Made by a program: the position numbers and the translations under genes | From: Nitrosopumilaceae archaeon | Lineage (GTDB): Archaea > Thermoproteota > Nitrososphaeria > Nitrososphaerales > Nitrosopumilaceae | Reading direction: 5' to 3' | Assembly: GCA_965214835.1 (NCBI GenBank) | Contig: CBDCCK010000002.1 | Span: 128,001 to 192,000 of the forward strand | Length of the DNA: 64,000 nucleotides | Notes under the pieces: model-generated | The model's input: only the letters and a program-made list of their open reading frames with translations | Told to the model about the DNA's origin: nothing | The model's database searches: none | Shown: one piece after another, positions 9,363 through 17,867 of the stretch | Layout of the letters: the number at the start of each line of letters is the position of its first letter | How positions within the stretch are numbered: position 1 is the first letter of the stretch

Positions 9363-9992
9363 TTGGCAGATTACAGTCAATGCATGGCTGTAACGCCTGC
9401 TGTCTCAGGTAATCCTCAATCCATGCCAGGATCACCCCTGATCGAGATAAGGGACATCTCCGGGATTGCGGCACGGCAGCTTCTGCAGGCAGTGAAGATT
9501 TACAGGAATTCGTTTCCGGCAAACGAGTCAAGGCCCGTAGGCGACGTCATGGAGTTACTGGAGCGCGGCGTCTACACGATGTATGCCGCCGTCGATGGCA
9601 GCGGGGCCGACGCGCCGGTCGCCGGATTCATGCTGCTGTATCCGCTGGACTCTGATTGTGTATTGCTTGACTATATGGCCGTGCGGGCAGGCGCTCGCGG
9701 GCGCGGCACAGGCAGCATCATGATGGGATATCTGAGGGATCACGTCCTGGGAACGTACGGGACTGTCCTGCTTGAGATTCAGCTGCCGCAGGGCGACGGC
9801 ATCCAGGCCAAGCGCGACAGGATCAGGTTTTATGTCTCGCACGGCGTCAGGCCGCTGACTGACAGCTATGTGATGCCAGGGTACGGCAGGGACGGCAGCG
9901 AGGTGATGAGCCTGATGTATATGGGCAGAAGGCCGGAGGATATTGGGCAGGTGACTGCAAGTATTCACTTTCGGGTATACGGCAAGGATTAG
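9363..9992 (+). CDS. GNAT family N-acetyltransferase
   Basis: IYRNSFPANESR, LLDYMAVRAGARGRGTGS (acetyl-CoA motif A), RIRFY. Confidence 0.85.
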   Translation: MADYSQCMAVTPAVSGNPQSMPGSPLIEIRDISGIAARQLLQAVKIYRNSFPANESRPVGDVMELLERGVYTMYAAVDGSGADAPVAGFMLLYPLDSDCVLLDYMAVRAGARGRGTGSIMMGYLRDHVLGTYGTVLLEIQLPQGDGIQAKRDRIRFYVSHGVRPLTDSYVMPGYGRDGSEVMSLMYMGRRPEDIGQVTASIHFRVYGKD

Positions 9993-10026
9993 TTCAGAGG
10001 CAGCGGCGGGGAAGGAAGGGACTGGC

Positions 10027-10425
10027 TCACCGTATCTCGACTACCTTGGTCCTGACTATGGTGCTGCCGTCGGTCCCCGACGCATCCACTATGAGCGTTA
10101 TATGCGTGGCCCCTTCTGCGCCGTCCACTATTCCAGATATCAGTCCGGACGATCTTCCTGCGGGCAGGGAGGCGCCGGGCTGGTCCACTGCCAGATCAGA
10201 CGGGGTGCTGACCGACAGGCCGGATATGTCCACGTTGCCTATGTTGTGCAGCGAGTAGCTCAGCAGCACGTCGCCGGACTGGGACAGGCGCCTGGCCTCG
10301 GCGCTCACCTGCAGGTCAAGCCGGTCAATGTCAAACTGCCCGGAGCTGAATGCAACTGCCAGCACGACGGGAACGATGACGCCGGCCGCAAGAAAAATCG
10401 CCAGGTATTCAGAAGAGAGGTTCAT
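10027..10425 (-). CDS. Pilin-like/secreted protein
   Basis: N-terminal hydrophobic helix then beta domain with LHNIGNVDI; resembles 42178-42633 and 42702-43268. Confidence 0.6.
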   Translation of the reverse strand: MNLSSEYLAIFLAAGVIVPVVLAVAFSSGQFDIDRLDLQVSAEARRLSQSGDVLLSYSLHNIGNVDISGLSVSTPSDLAVDQPGASLPAGRSSGLISGIVDGAEGATHITLIVDASGTDGSTIVRTKVVEIR

Positions 10426-10928
10426 TTCCTTACGTACCTTTTCAGCCTGGAGACGGCGGCCAGTATCTCGTCCATGCTACGGCCCCCGACTACTGCGTGA
10501 TACCCGTACGCCTTGACGTCGCAGCCGCCGATGCGGATCTGGACGCGCGCAAACCTCTCGTTGGATCTTATGTATCCCGGGGCGCCGCGCAGCCTGTCTA
10601 GGTCCAGCATCCTGCCGTCAAAGGAGACGTGCGTCACCACGTACCGCACGGTGAACTTTTCGACGGTCCTGATCTTCATGCCGAGCCTTTTGAGCAGCGA
10701 GACGAACGCCCTTGCCGCGCCGACTGCCGCCTTCTCGGAGGTGGAGCCGACCGACGTCACCCTTCCGGAATCGTACAGGTATATCATGGCGCCGCCGGAC
10801 GGCACGTACAGGGCAGGAAGGCCGTTGGGGCGGTACTGGGCATCGCGGACGCTGCGGACTATGGCCTCCGGGTCGTGCCCGGATATCATGCCGGCGGCAA
10901 TTACGTTGTCCACCTTTACCATCATCAT
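10422..10928 (-). CDS. Divergent TATA-box-binding-protein (TBP)-like protein
   Basis: VDNVIA...YRPNGLPALY...LYDSGRVTSVGSTS (TBP repeat 1) and VRYVVT...LDLDRL...ERFARV...VVGGRS (repeat 2); 168 aa; ATGA overlap with the upstream gene. Confidence 0.7.
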   Translation of the reverse strand: MMMVKVDNVIAAGMISGHDPEAIVRSVRDAQYRPNGLPALYVPSGGAMIYLYDSGRVTSVGSTSEKAAVGAARAFVSLLKRLGMKIRTVEKFTVRYVVTHVSFDGRMLDLDRLRGAPGYIRSNERFARVQIRIGGCDVKAYGYHAVVGGRSMDEILAAVSRLKRYVRK

Positions 10929-11329
10929 TTCCCGGGATTCTCCATCCTCCTCTTGACGATGATCGACCTGACGGCCTCTATGTTGTTGGCAACGGCGCAC
11001 AGGTGGATCATGCCGACAAAGAACGGCAGGAACGCGTCGGCCATTATGACGTACCATCCGAGGCAGACCGCTATGCCTGCCGAGAATATCACCATGATTG
11101 CATGGTACGGGCCCATGTGGCGGCGGAGGATGCCGAACATGGCGTTCTTCTCGTACCGTTCAAAGTCGCGCACCCGTATGGTGGTAAAGGCGTCAGCCGC
11201 AAAGCAGACCGTGTAAAACGACATGGCCACTGCCATCCCGTGGCCGCCAAGCAGCGTGTGCGCAAACACCCCGGTCACAAACGAGAAGGAAAGCGTTATG
11301 ATTCCGATAAAAAGGGGGATGAGGTTCAT
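10925..11329 (-). CDS. Multi-pass membrane protein in transfer operon
   Basis: Four hydrophobic segments; translationally coupled to the TBP-like gene. Confidence 0.7.
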   Translation of the reverse strand: MNLIPLFIGIITLSFSFVTGVFAHTLLGGHGMAVAMSFYTVCFAADAFTTIRVRDFERYEKNAMFGILRRHMGPYHAIMVIFSAGIAVCLGWYVIMADAFLPFFVGMIHLCAVANNIEAVRSIIVKRRMENPGK

Positions 11330-11338
11330 GCCGGGCTC

Positions 11339-11698
11339 TCACCTGGCACGTGCCACGTATGCTGTAGTACCGGCTGCCGCCGTCCGCATCCTGGCGGCGC
11401 AGTGTCTGCACGGAGTGTCCATGCGAAGGGTTATTCCGACCATGACGGATCCGCCTATGATGACCAGGTATATTGCCATCTGCATGTACACCTTCATCTC
11501 AGAAAAGAAGTCAGTCATGAATCCGCCGAAGATCCTGTCGTCCTCGTCGGCCAGATCCGTCGTGTCGACTGCAAACAGGCTGTCGGCCGCATAAAGTGAT
11601 CCCGCTATGATCACGATGCCGATTATCATGTACATCGGCGATCCGCGTAGCGCGTCTGACAGATCCTCGCCCTTTCGTTTTTCTATCATGGAATCCAC
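11339..11698 (-). CDS. 2-TM membrane protein in transfer operon
   Basis: Two TM helices, directly downstream of the VirD4-like gene. Confidence 0.6.
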   Translation of the reverse strand: MDSMIEKRKGEDLSDALRGSPMYMIIGIVIIAGSLYAADSLFAVDTTDLADEDDRIFGGFMTDFFSEMKVYMQMAIYLVIIGGSVMVGITLRMDTPCRHCAARMRTAAAGTTAYVARAR

Positions 11699-11712
11699 AG
11701 GACGGTTAGAAT

Positions 11713-14709
11713 TTAAACCCTAGATTGACTGTCTTCCCTCTTTTTTCCCATCCTGTACAGGTGCGCCCTGCCGCCCTTCCTCATGCGTATGGCATACCCC
11801 ATATCGGCTATCTGGCCTGCGATATAGTCGACCTCGTCGCGCTTTGAGGGATCGTTCCTGTTGGATTCCCACATCTGCAGGAGCCGCTGGCAGTGCAGCC
11901 GCTCGGCGTCTGCCTGCGGGCGGTCCCCGTCACCGTCGTCCTCCTTTGCTACAGCCGCTGCTGCTGCTTCTGCGTCATGCGGCCCGTCCTCGCAGTCCGG
12001 AGCCGGAAGCGCCGGAATCCTTTCCTGCGCGGCATCTGCTGCAGTGGTGGCGTCGTTGCCGTCATTATCACCGTCGGCATCGACATCAGCTGCATCCGTT
12101 GTGGCATCTGCAAATGTCACCGGTCCGGCGGATTCTTCTGCGGTATCCGGAGTGCCGTGGGGGATATGAGAACCGGACGGGGTCGCCGCCTCCGCTGCAG
12201 GCTGCTGCCCGGAGCCCTCATTCGCGACACCGCCGCCATCATCTGCGGTGTCGCCGGCATCCGCAGGCCGCCGTCCCGCCTTCAGGTGCTCATACCATCC
12301 GGCCTTGTTGTACGTGTCAACCCTGTCAGTGTCACGACCGCTGGCGACGGCCCCGTCCCTGGCAGCTGTATGGAGGGGGACCGGATCATCATCGTTCTGG
12401 CCGCCACCGTCCGCGTCTCCGCCGCCGGCATCAGCAGGGGGCGACACGCTGCCGCGTCCCCTGTACAGCACGTCCATGTCCTCGGGCCCGAGATCGCCGG
12501 ACTTGTCGGGGAGCAGCGGCCTGACTCCCGGCAGCGACCAGACGACATACAGCGACGGATCCTGCACGCGCCTGCCGTCCGCATCTCCGCCCCGGCCGGT
12601 GATGCCGCTCCTTTCCAGCCTGCCTTCCAGCCCCTGCAGCGACGCGATGACGTCTGCCTCGTCAAACTGCCATACTGAGTCGCAGACGAACCGCTGGGTG
12701 GCAGTCCCGCCTGCGCCCGAGAGCACCTCCATGATGCGGGCCTCACAGGCCGACATTGATCTTATGTTCTCGGATTTCGTATCAGTCAGGTGTGTCCTGT
12801 CCATTACCGTGAGCCGGTACTTGTCGCGCGAGACGCCGTTCTGCTTCATTGTATCGTGCATCCTCTCGGCCGTTGCCGCATCAAAGACGACAAACCAGAC
12901 TGAGTGGCCCAGCGCAGACGACTTTTGCCAGTTTACATACACCTGCTCCCAGTGCTTGCCTGGCCCCGTCTCGACCTCGACTGCCGTGATATCATCAGAC
13001 CACTCCGACGGGTTGAACAGTACGTCTTTGCGGCCGTCCCTGTCCCTGACGGGCTTGGGCGAGTATATCACGAGGTCTGCCTGCTTGGCCGCCCCCCTCC
13101 CGAGATCGGGAACGCAGTACCTCCCGTTGTTGACGTTGATCTCCATTATGGCAAATATGGCAGACAGGTGGAGGTCCCCTCCGGCCCTGCGGCCTGCGGC
13201 CGACCTCGAGAACAGGTTGTGCATGGCAGACTTTGTTATGGTGTATCTTGACTCGAACTTTTCGTCGCCGTCATCGCTTACCGTGTCGTGCTGGGAGACG
13301 TACCCGTTTGTGGCAATCAGCGTGTCGTGCAGCGCCGAGGAGACGTGCCGGGCGTCAGTCGCGTACCTGCGCAGCATGGCATCCGTTATCTCCTTTTTTG
13401 TCATGTCTCGGCTTTCTGTGCGCAGCAGGTTGAGTATCCCGAACTCCAGCGGCGTCAACTGCACGTCTGCGCCCCCGCCGCTCTGCGTGTAGTATTTGTC
13501 AAGGGAGACGAACTTGCCCAGCCGCATGACGCTGTGCCGCGAGGCCTCCTCGGAGCGGTCAGGTATCTCCATGTGGCGCGTCTTTGCCACCGCCTTTACC
13601 GGATTCGTGCCCCCCGACCAGAACGAAAAGTGGTGGAACGGCAGCTGCGTCTGCCGCTCGGGCTTTATCGGCAGTATGGACTTGAGCGAGGCGGCAGTCG
13701 TCGCGTCGCACCTGAAACAGGCGATTGCGCGGCACAGCGTCGGCAGCTCGGCTGCAAACTCGCGCTCTATGGCAGACGTTGACTGGGTGGCAATGGTCGC
13801 CTTGATGCCGTACTTGCGGACGGTATTGAGCAGCTCCCTGATCATGGGCTCTGAGAACATCTGCACCTCGTCCAGGTACAGGTTAAACGGCGCAAACCCC
13901 CCGCCGGGCTGGCGCTGTCTCTTGAGGTACGCGGTATAGAACAGGTGAAGAAACACGTTTCCCAGAAACTTTGTCATGTCGTTTGTCACCCCGCCAAAGT
14001 CCAGCACCACGTACATTCCCCGGTTCAGTATGTCCTCAAACGTTATGGAGGAGCGGCGCGTGTTGAACATCGCATCAAGCTCCGGGACGGTAAGCATCTT
14101 GTTGAGCTTGTTGAAGATGACGCCGCCTGCCTCCTTTGGATACTGCTCCCAGTATACCCTGGTGAAAAAGTCGCGGGCCTGCCGGTTCTGTATCTGTCCG
14201 ACGAACCCCTCGGAGAACTCCTTGTCCGTAAGAAGGCGGATCATGGCGCCAAGCGTGTCTGACTGCGTCCCGATTACGGCAAGTGCGCCGTTTCTGGCGC
14301 ACGTCTCCACGCGGGCCCCCCACGAGTCCGAGAACGCCTTTGCCAGGCATTCTGTGAACGTCAGCGAGACCATTCCCGCCTCGTGGGGATCGTCTATCTG
14401 CAGCGGGTTGAACCTTAGCGTCTTGTCAAGCTTCTTGATCGAGGAGAGGCTGACGTACACTATCCGGTCGTACTGCTCTGGCGGTATCAGCGAGAGGACC
14501 TCGCGGGACAGCTCCGAGTGGTTCTCTGCAAGCAGAAAGCCCCTTCCGGCCTTGATATCCTGCAGGATGAGCAGCCTCAGGACGCTTGACTTGCCGGAGC
14601 CTATCTCGCCGAGTATCAGCATGTTCTGCCGGGCCCTGTACGGCATCGTGAGGACCTTGCGGCCTGCCAGGTATCCGATTACCGAGTGATCGTGCGGGTT
14701 GACCGACAT
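11713..14709 (-). CDS. VirD4/TraD-like coupling ATPase fused to wHTH and PD-(D/E)xK-like domains
   Basis: Walker A GEIGSGKS, Walker B LYLDEVQ, RKYGI..TIATQ; C-terminal half ADLVIY...TAVEVETG; acidic low-complexity tail. Confidence 0.8.
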   Translation of the reverse strand: MSVNPHDHSVIGYLAGRKVLTMPYRARQNMLILGEIGSGKSSVLRLLILQDIKAGRGFLLAENHSELSREVLSLIPPEQYDRIVYVSLSSIKKLDKTLRFNPLQIDDPHEAGMVSLTFTECLAKAFSDSWGARVETCARNGALAVIGTQSDTLGAMIRLLTDKEFSEGFVGQIQNRQARDFFTRVYWEQYPKEAGGVIFNKLNKMLTVPELDAMFNTRRSSITFEDILNRGMYVVLDFGGVTNDMTKFLGNVFLHLFYTAYLKRQRQPGGGFAPFNLYLDEVQMFSEPMIRELLNTVRKYGIKATIATQSTSAIEREFAAELPTLCRAIACFRCDATTAASLKSILPIKPERQTQLPFHHFSFWSGGTNPVKAVAKTRHMEIPDRSEEASRHSVMRLGKFVSLDKYYTQSGGGADVQLTPLEFGILNLLRTESRDMTKKEITDAMLRRYATDARHVSSALHDTLIATNGYVSQHDTVSDDGDEKFESRYTITKSAMHNLFSRSAAGRRAGGDLHLSAIFAIMEINVNNGRYCVPDLGRGAAKQADLVIYSPKPVRDRDGRKDVLFNPSEWSDDITAVEVETGPGKHWEQVYVNWQKSSALGHSVWFVVFDAATAERMHDTMKQNGVSRDKYRLTVMDRTHLTDTKSENIRSMSACEARIMEVLSGAGGTATQRFVCDSVWQFDEADVIASLQGLEGRLERSGITGRGGDADGRRVQDPSLYVVWSLPGVRPLLPDKSGDLGPEDMDVLYRGRGSVSPPADAGGGDADGGGQNDDDPVPLHTAARDGAVASGRDTDRVDTYNKAGWYEHLKAGRRPADAGDTADDGGGVANEGSGQQPAAEAATPSGSHIPHGTPDTAEESAGPVTFADATTDAADVDADGDNDGNDATTAADAAQERIPALPAPDCEDGPHDAEAAAAAVAKEDDGDGDRPQADAERLHCQRLLQMWESNRNDPSKRDEVDYIAGQIADMGYAIRMRKGGRAHLYRMGKKREDSQSRV

Positions 14710-14721
14710 CGGCCGGGCCCC

Positions 14722-16563
14722 TCACCTCGGCCTGAACAGCTCCAGCTGCTCCTGGTCGGGAAGCACGTCGACCGGGACCACGGAGTTGCCAAAGCGCACG
14801 AGCGCCTGCCCGCGCCGCATCCGCATCAGCCAGTTGCTCATCTCGCCAGACAGCACAAAGTGCTCGTTGAGGGCGCGCGACGTGGCCTCGGACTGGCGCA
14901 GAAACATCACGGTGTCCGAGTTGACCAGGACGTTGCGGGCCGCCTCGTTTGCTGTCATGTCCTCGATGTTCTGCGTTGCCATGAGCATGTTGATGTTGTA
15001 CTTTCTTCCTCGGCGGGAGAGGTGCTGTATATAGTCTCCCAGCGGCCCGTGCTGGAGGAGCATCCACACCTCGTCGAGCATGAACAGCTTGGGGACTGTC
15101 TTTGACATCATCAGCGAGCGGCCAAGCGCGTACGACAGAGCTATCTGGGTTATCAGGCGGTGGACCGTCCCGCCCGCGGAGCCCACGTTCTTGAGGGAGA
15201 GTATGACGCGCTTTGTGTCCGGCGCCATGCCCCGGAAAAAGTCCTCGTACGGGTGGTGGCACAGCATCCTGAACTGGCCGAGCACCTGCCTGTCCTCGGG
15301 CTCCGTGTGCTTTTCCACCGCATCCACAAATCTGAAAAAGCTGCGCTCCTCCATCGGCATGTTCGACATGTCGGTGGCCGCCATGTTCGCGGGCATCCTC
15401 TTTTCCTCGGGTATGAGCAGCGCGTCGCACAGCGTCTCGGAGGCCGCAAAGGCGTCGGGCACCATCCGGAATAAATCGAGGCCCATCTGCTTGCCCGTCG
15501 AATAGTCCAGGTACGTAAAGCCCATCGAGTCGCCCAGCGCGCGGTACTCGGACTCGGGGTCTATCCCGAATATGAACGCCTCCGGATACATCCGGTCAAA
15601 GGCGTGTATTATCATCATTGCAAGCGTCGTCTTGCCGGATCCTGACAGCGCCGCAAGCACGGTGTTGCGGTTTATGCGGTTGTTGATGTTCCACCGGAAC
15701 GGGTTGCCGGTTACCGTATTGACTCCGAGCAGTATGCCGCCGTCCTCGTAGAGCTCCGACGTCGAGAACGGGACGAGCGCCGCAAAGGTCTCCGTTATGG
15801 CAAGCATCTGCTGGCCCTGCTCCCCTGCAAGCATCTGCGACTGGACGTGGCGCGCAGTCTCCACCCCGGGTACCCCGCGCATGTCTGCCTCGAATACGCG
15901 GGCGCGCTCCCTCAGCTTCTGGTAGTCAAGGGCAAACACCAGCGGTATTATCCGCATCGTATACAGCGACGTCTGGTTTCCGGTTATCATCTCCTTGATT
16001 GCCCGCGCGCTTGCGGCCACGTCGACGCCGCTTGCCGACGAGTCCGTGCTTGAGGAGGCCATGTGGCTTGCAACAACGGAATGCCGCTTTTCGGGTGGGA
16101 TCGGGTTCACGAACATCCTGACGGCATCGGCCTTGGAGTATATGCCGTATATCCACCCTGGGGGCAGCTCGTCGGCAAGCATCCCGATGGTGTACGCCTT
16201 GCAGTATATCCCCGACTTTAGCACGGTACAGTCGGTGTGCTCCCTCTCGACGTCCCATCGGCGGACCTCCGCCGGGCCCGACGATATCGGGGCGACGATA
16301 TGTTCTGCCTCCTTTTCTGCGGTTGTCAGCATGACAGTATCCATCGGGCACCTGCGGACCGTCTTGTTGAATGACAGCTCCTCATAGTCGCGTATGACGT
16401 CCACCGTGAACGGCTCGCGCAGCCTTGAGAGCACGCCGGTATAGTTTGACACCAGGACGTCGCGCTCTGAAACGTCCGATACGGTGCTCTCCGGGTTTGA
16501 GAACATGATGTTTATCGGGCTCAGCCTGAATGCCCTGGGCTTGCCGCGCGTCCTTTTTGGCAT
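14722..16563 (-). CDS. VirB4-like conjugation ATPase
   Basis: GILLGVN, NRN..ALSGSGKT (Walker A), IDPESEY, FMLDEVW (Walker B), RRGRKYN..MATQ. Confidence 0.88.
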   Translation of the reverse strand: MPKRTRGKPRAFRLSPINIMFSNPESTVSDVSERDVLVSNYTGVLSRLREPFTVDVIRDYEELSFNKTVRRCPMDTVMLTTAEKEAEHIVAPISSGPAEVRRWDVEREHTDCTVLKSGIYCKAYTIGMLADELPPGWIYGIYSKADAVRMFVNPIPPEKRHSVVASHMASSSTDSSASGVDVAASARAIKEMITGNQTSLYTMRIIPLVFALDYQKLRERARVFEADMRGVPGVETARHVQSQMLAGEQGQQMLAITETFAALVPFSTSELYEDGGILLGVNTVTGNPFRWNINNRINRNTVLAALSGSGKTTLAMMIIHAFDRMYPEAFIFGIDPESEYRALGDSMGFTYLDYSTGKQMGLDLFRMVPDAFAASETLCDALLIPEEKRMPANMAATDMSNMPMEERSFFRFVDAVEKHTEPEDRQVLGQFRMLCHHPYEDFFRGMAPDTKRVILSLKNVGSAGGTVHRLITQIALSYALGRSLMMSKTVPKLFMLDEVWMLLQHGPLGDYIQHLSRRGRKYNINMLMATQNIEDMTANEAARNVLVNSDTVMFLRQSEATSRALNEHFVLSGEMSNWLMRMRRGQALVRFGNSVVPVDVLPDQEQLELFRPR

Positions 16564-16608
16564 GTACCCTGCGACACGGCAGATATCATATAAAGCTGGA
16601 TTGGGGCC

Positions 16609-17694
16609 TTACGGTCCGTGCCCGTCGACGGAGCAGTTGTACTCTGCTGCTGCCGCGTTGTAGCTGTCGACTGCGTCGTTGTAGCTGTCCCCCAGGCGGT
16701 CATGGCCGGCGGCGGCCTCCTCCATCTGCGCCTCGACGCCCCTTATCCTTTCCAGAAGATCCCCGAGCTGGACGTACAGCGATTCTGCCTGCCCGTGGTC
16801 TCCTGCTCCTGTTGCGGCTGCGGCCAGCCGCTCGTACCTGCCGCCAAGCTGCTCGTACCGCTCCACGAGCCTCCCGTGCTCTGTCTCCATGCGATCAAGA
16901 CTCCTGACGATTCCGTCCATTTCTTCCTCAAGCCCTGCCATCTGCGACTCTGATGCCTGCATCCTGGCAAGTATCGGGGTTACCGCGTCAAACTGCAGGT
17001 GCTCGGCTGCCTGCGGTATGTCGTACCCGAGATCGTCAAAGGATTCCGGCAGTACACCCGGCGGGTCGCGCGTCCCGTACATCAGGTGGGACTCGTCTGT
17101 GACGTGTCCCAGTCCCAGGTGGTGGCCCAGCTCGTGGGCTATGGTGTCTGCCATCATCTCCCCGGAGTACGGGCGGAACGTGCCGTCGCACCACGGCCTG
17201 CCGGTCTCGACTGTTATCGTTGCAGGCCGGCCCGGAAGCGACGGGTGCTCGTACAGCCCGACTGTATCGCCCTCTATCCTGTCTGTAAGCACTATCACGA
17301 CGTCGCCGTCTGCCACATCCCCCACCAGGCGTACCGTTCCCGGATTGTCAGCGTTCCACATGGCGGCCGCCTGCCTTGCGGCAGCACCGGCTGCAGCAGC
17401 AGCAGCGGCGGCGGCGGCACCGTCTCCTGCCGACTCCCGGTCGACTGCCATTCTTACCGGAGGCCCGCCGCTCTCCTGGGCGCCGGCATTGACGGATGCG
17501 TGATGATGCGCCGGAGGCTGCCTGTCATGCGCGCCCGGCTCCACCGCGCTCTGCTGCCTGTCTGCGGCAGTCTCCCCCGGCCCGGCCCCGCCGCCGTCCG
17601 TGCCTCCTCCCGTGCCGCTTATCCCGAACCACGCGATTCCGGATATCACCGCGACCACTATGATCCCGGTTATTATTCCAGACATGCCATACAT
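16609..17694 (-). CDS. Membrane-anchored matrixin-type zinc metalloprotease with C-terminal coiled coil
   Basis: HELGHHLGLGH zinc motif, Met-turn HLMY, N-terminal TM helix. Confidence 0.85.
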   Translation of the reverse strand: MYGMSGIITGIIVVAVISGIAWFGISGTGGGTDGGGAGPGETAADRQQSAVEPGAHDRQPPAHHHASVNAGAQESGGPPVRMAVDRESAGDGAAAAAAAAAAGAAARQAAAMWNADNPGTVRLVGDVADGDVVIVLTDRIEGDTVGLYEHPSLPGRPATITVETGRPWCDGTFRPYSGEMMADTIAHELGHHLGLGHVTDESHLMYGTRDPPGVLPESFDDLGYDIPQAAEHLQFDAVTPILARMQASESQMAGLEEEMDGIVRSLDRMETEHGRLVERYEQLGGRYERLAAAATGAGDHGQAESLYVQLGDLLERIRGVEAQMEEAAAGHDRLGDSYNDAVDSYNAAAAEYNCSVDGHGP

Positions 17695-17867
17695 GAGGCA
17701 TTCCCGCTATTAAGGCCCGTGGCATGCCCGGGACAGTTGCGCGTTTATATCGAATTTGCTGTACGGATGGCAGGCCGCCGCCAAAAACATTCATTCGTTC
17801 ATTCTGGCGATGTTCTCACGTGCGGCGGTGGTCCCGCATTCCGCATGGCTGCCGTCGTTGCCGGCGG

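Noticed and set aside
10920-10936. 16/17-nt match of spacer 5 (8148-8184) to the start of the TBP-like gene
   Set aside because: The core is low-complexity (ATGATGATG) and the rest of the spacer does not match, so it is plausibly chance.
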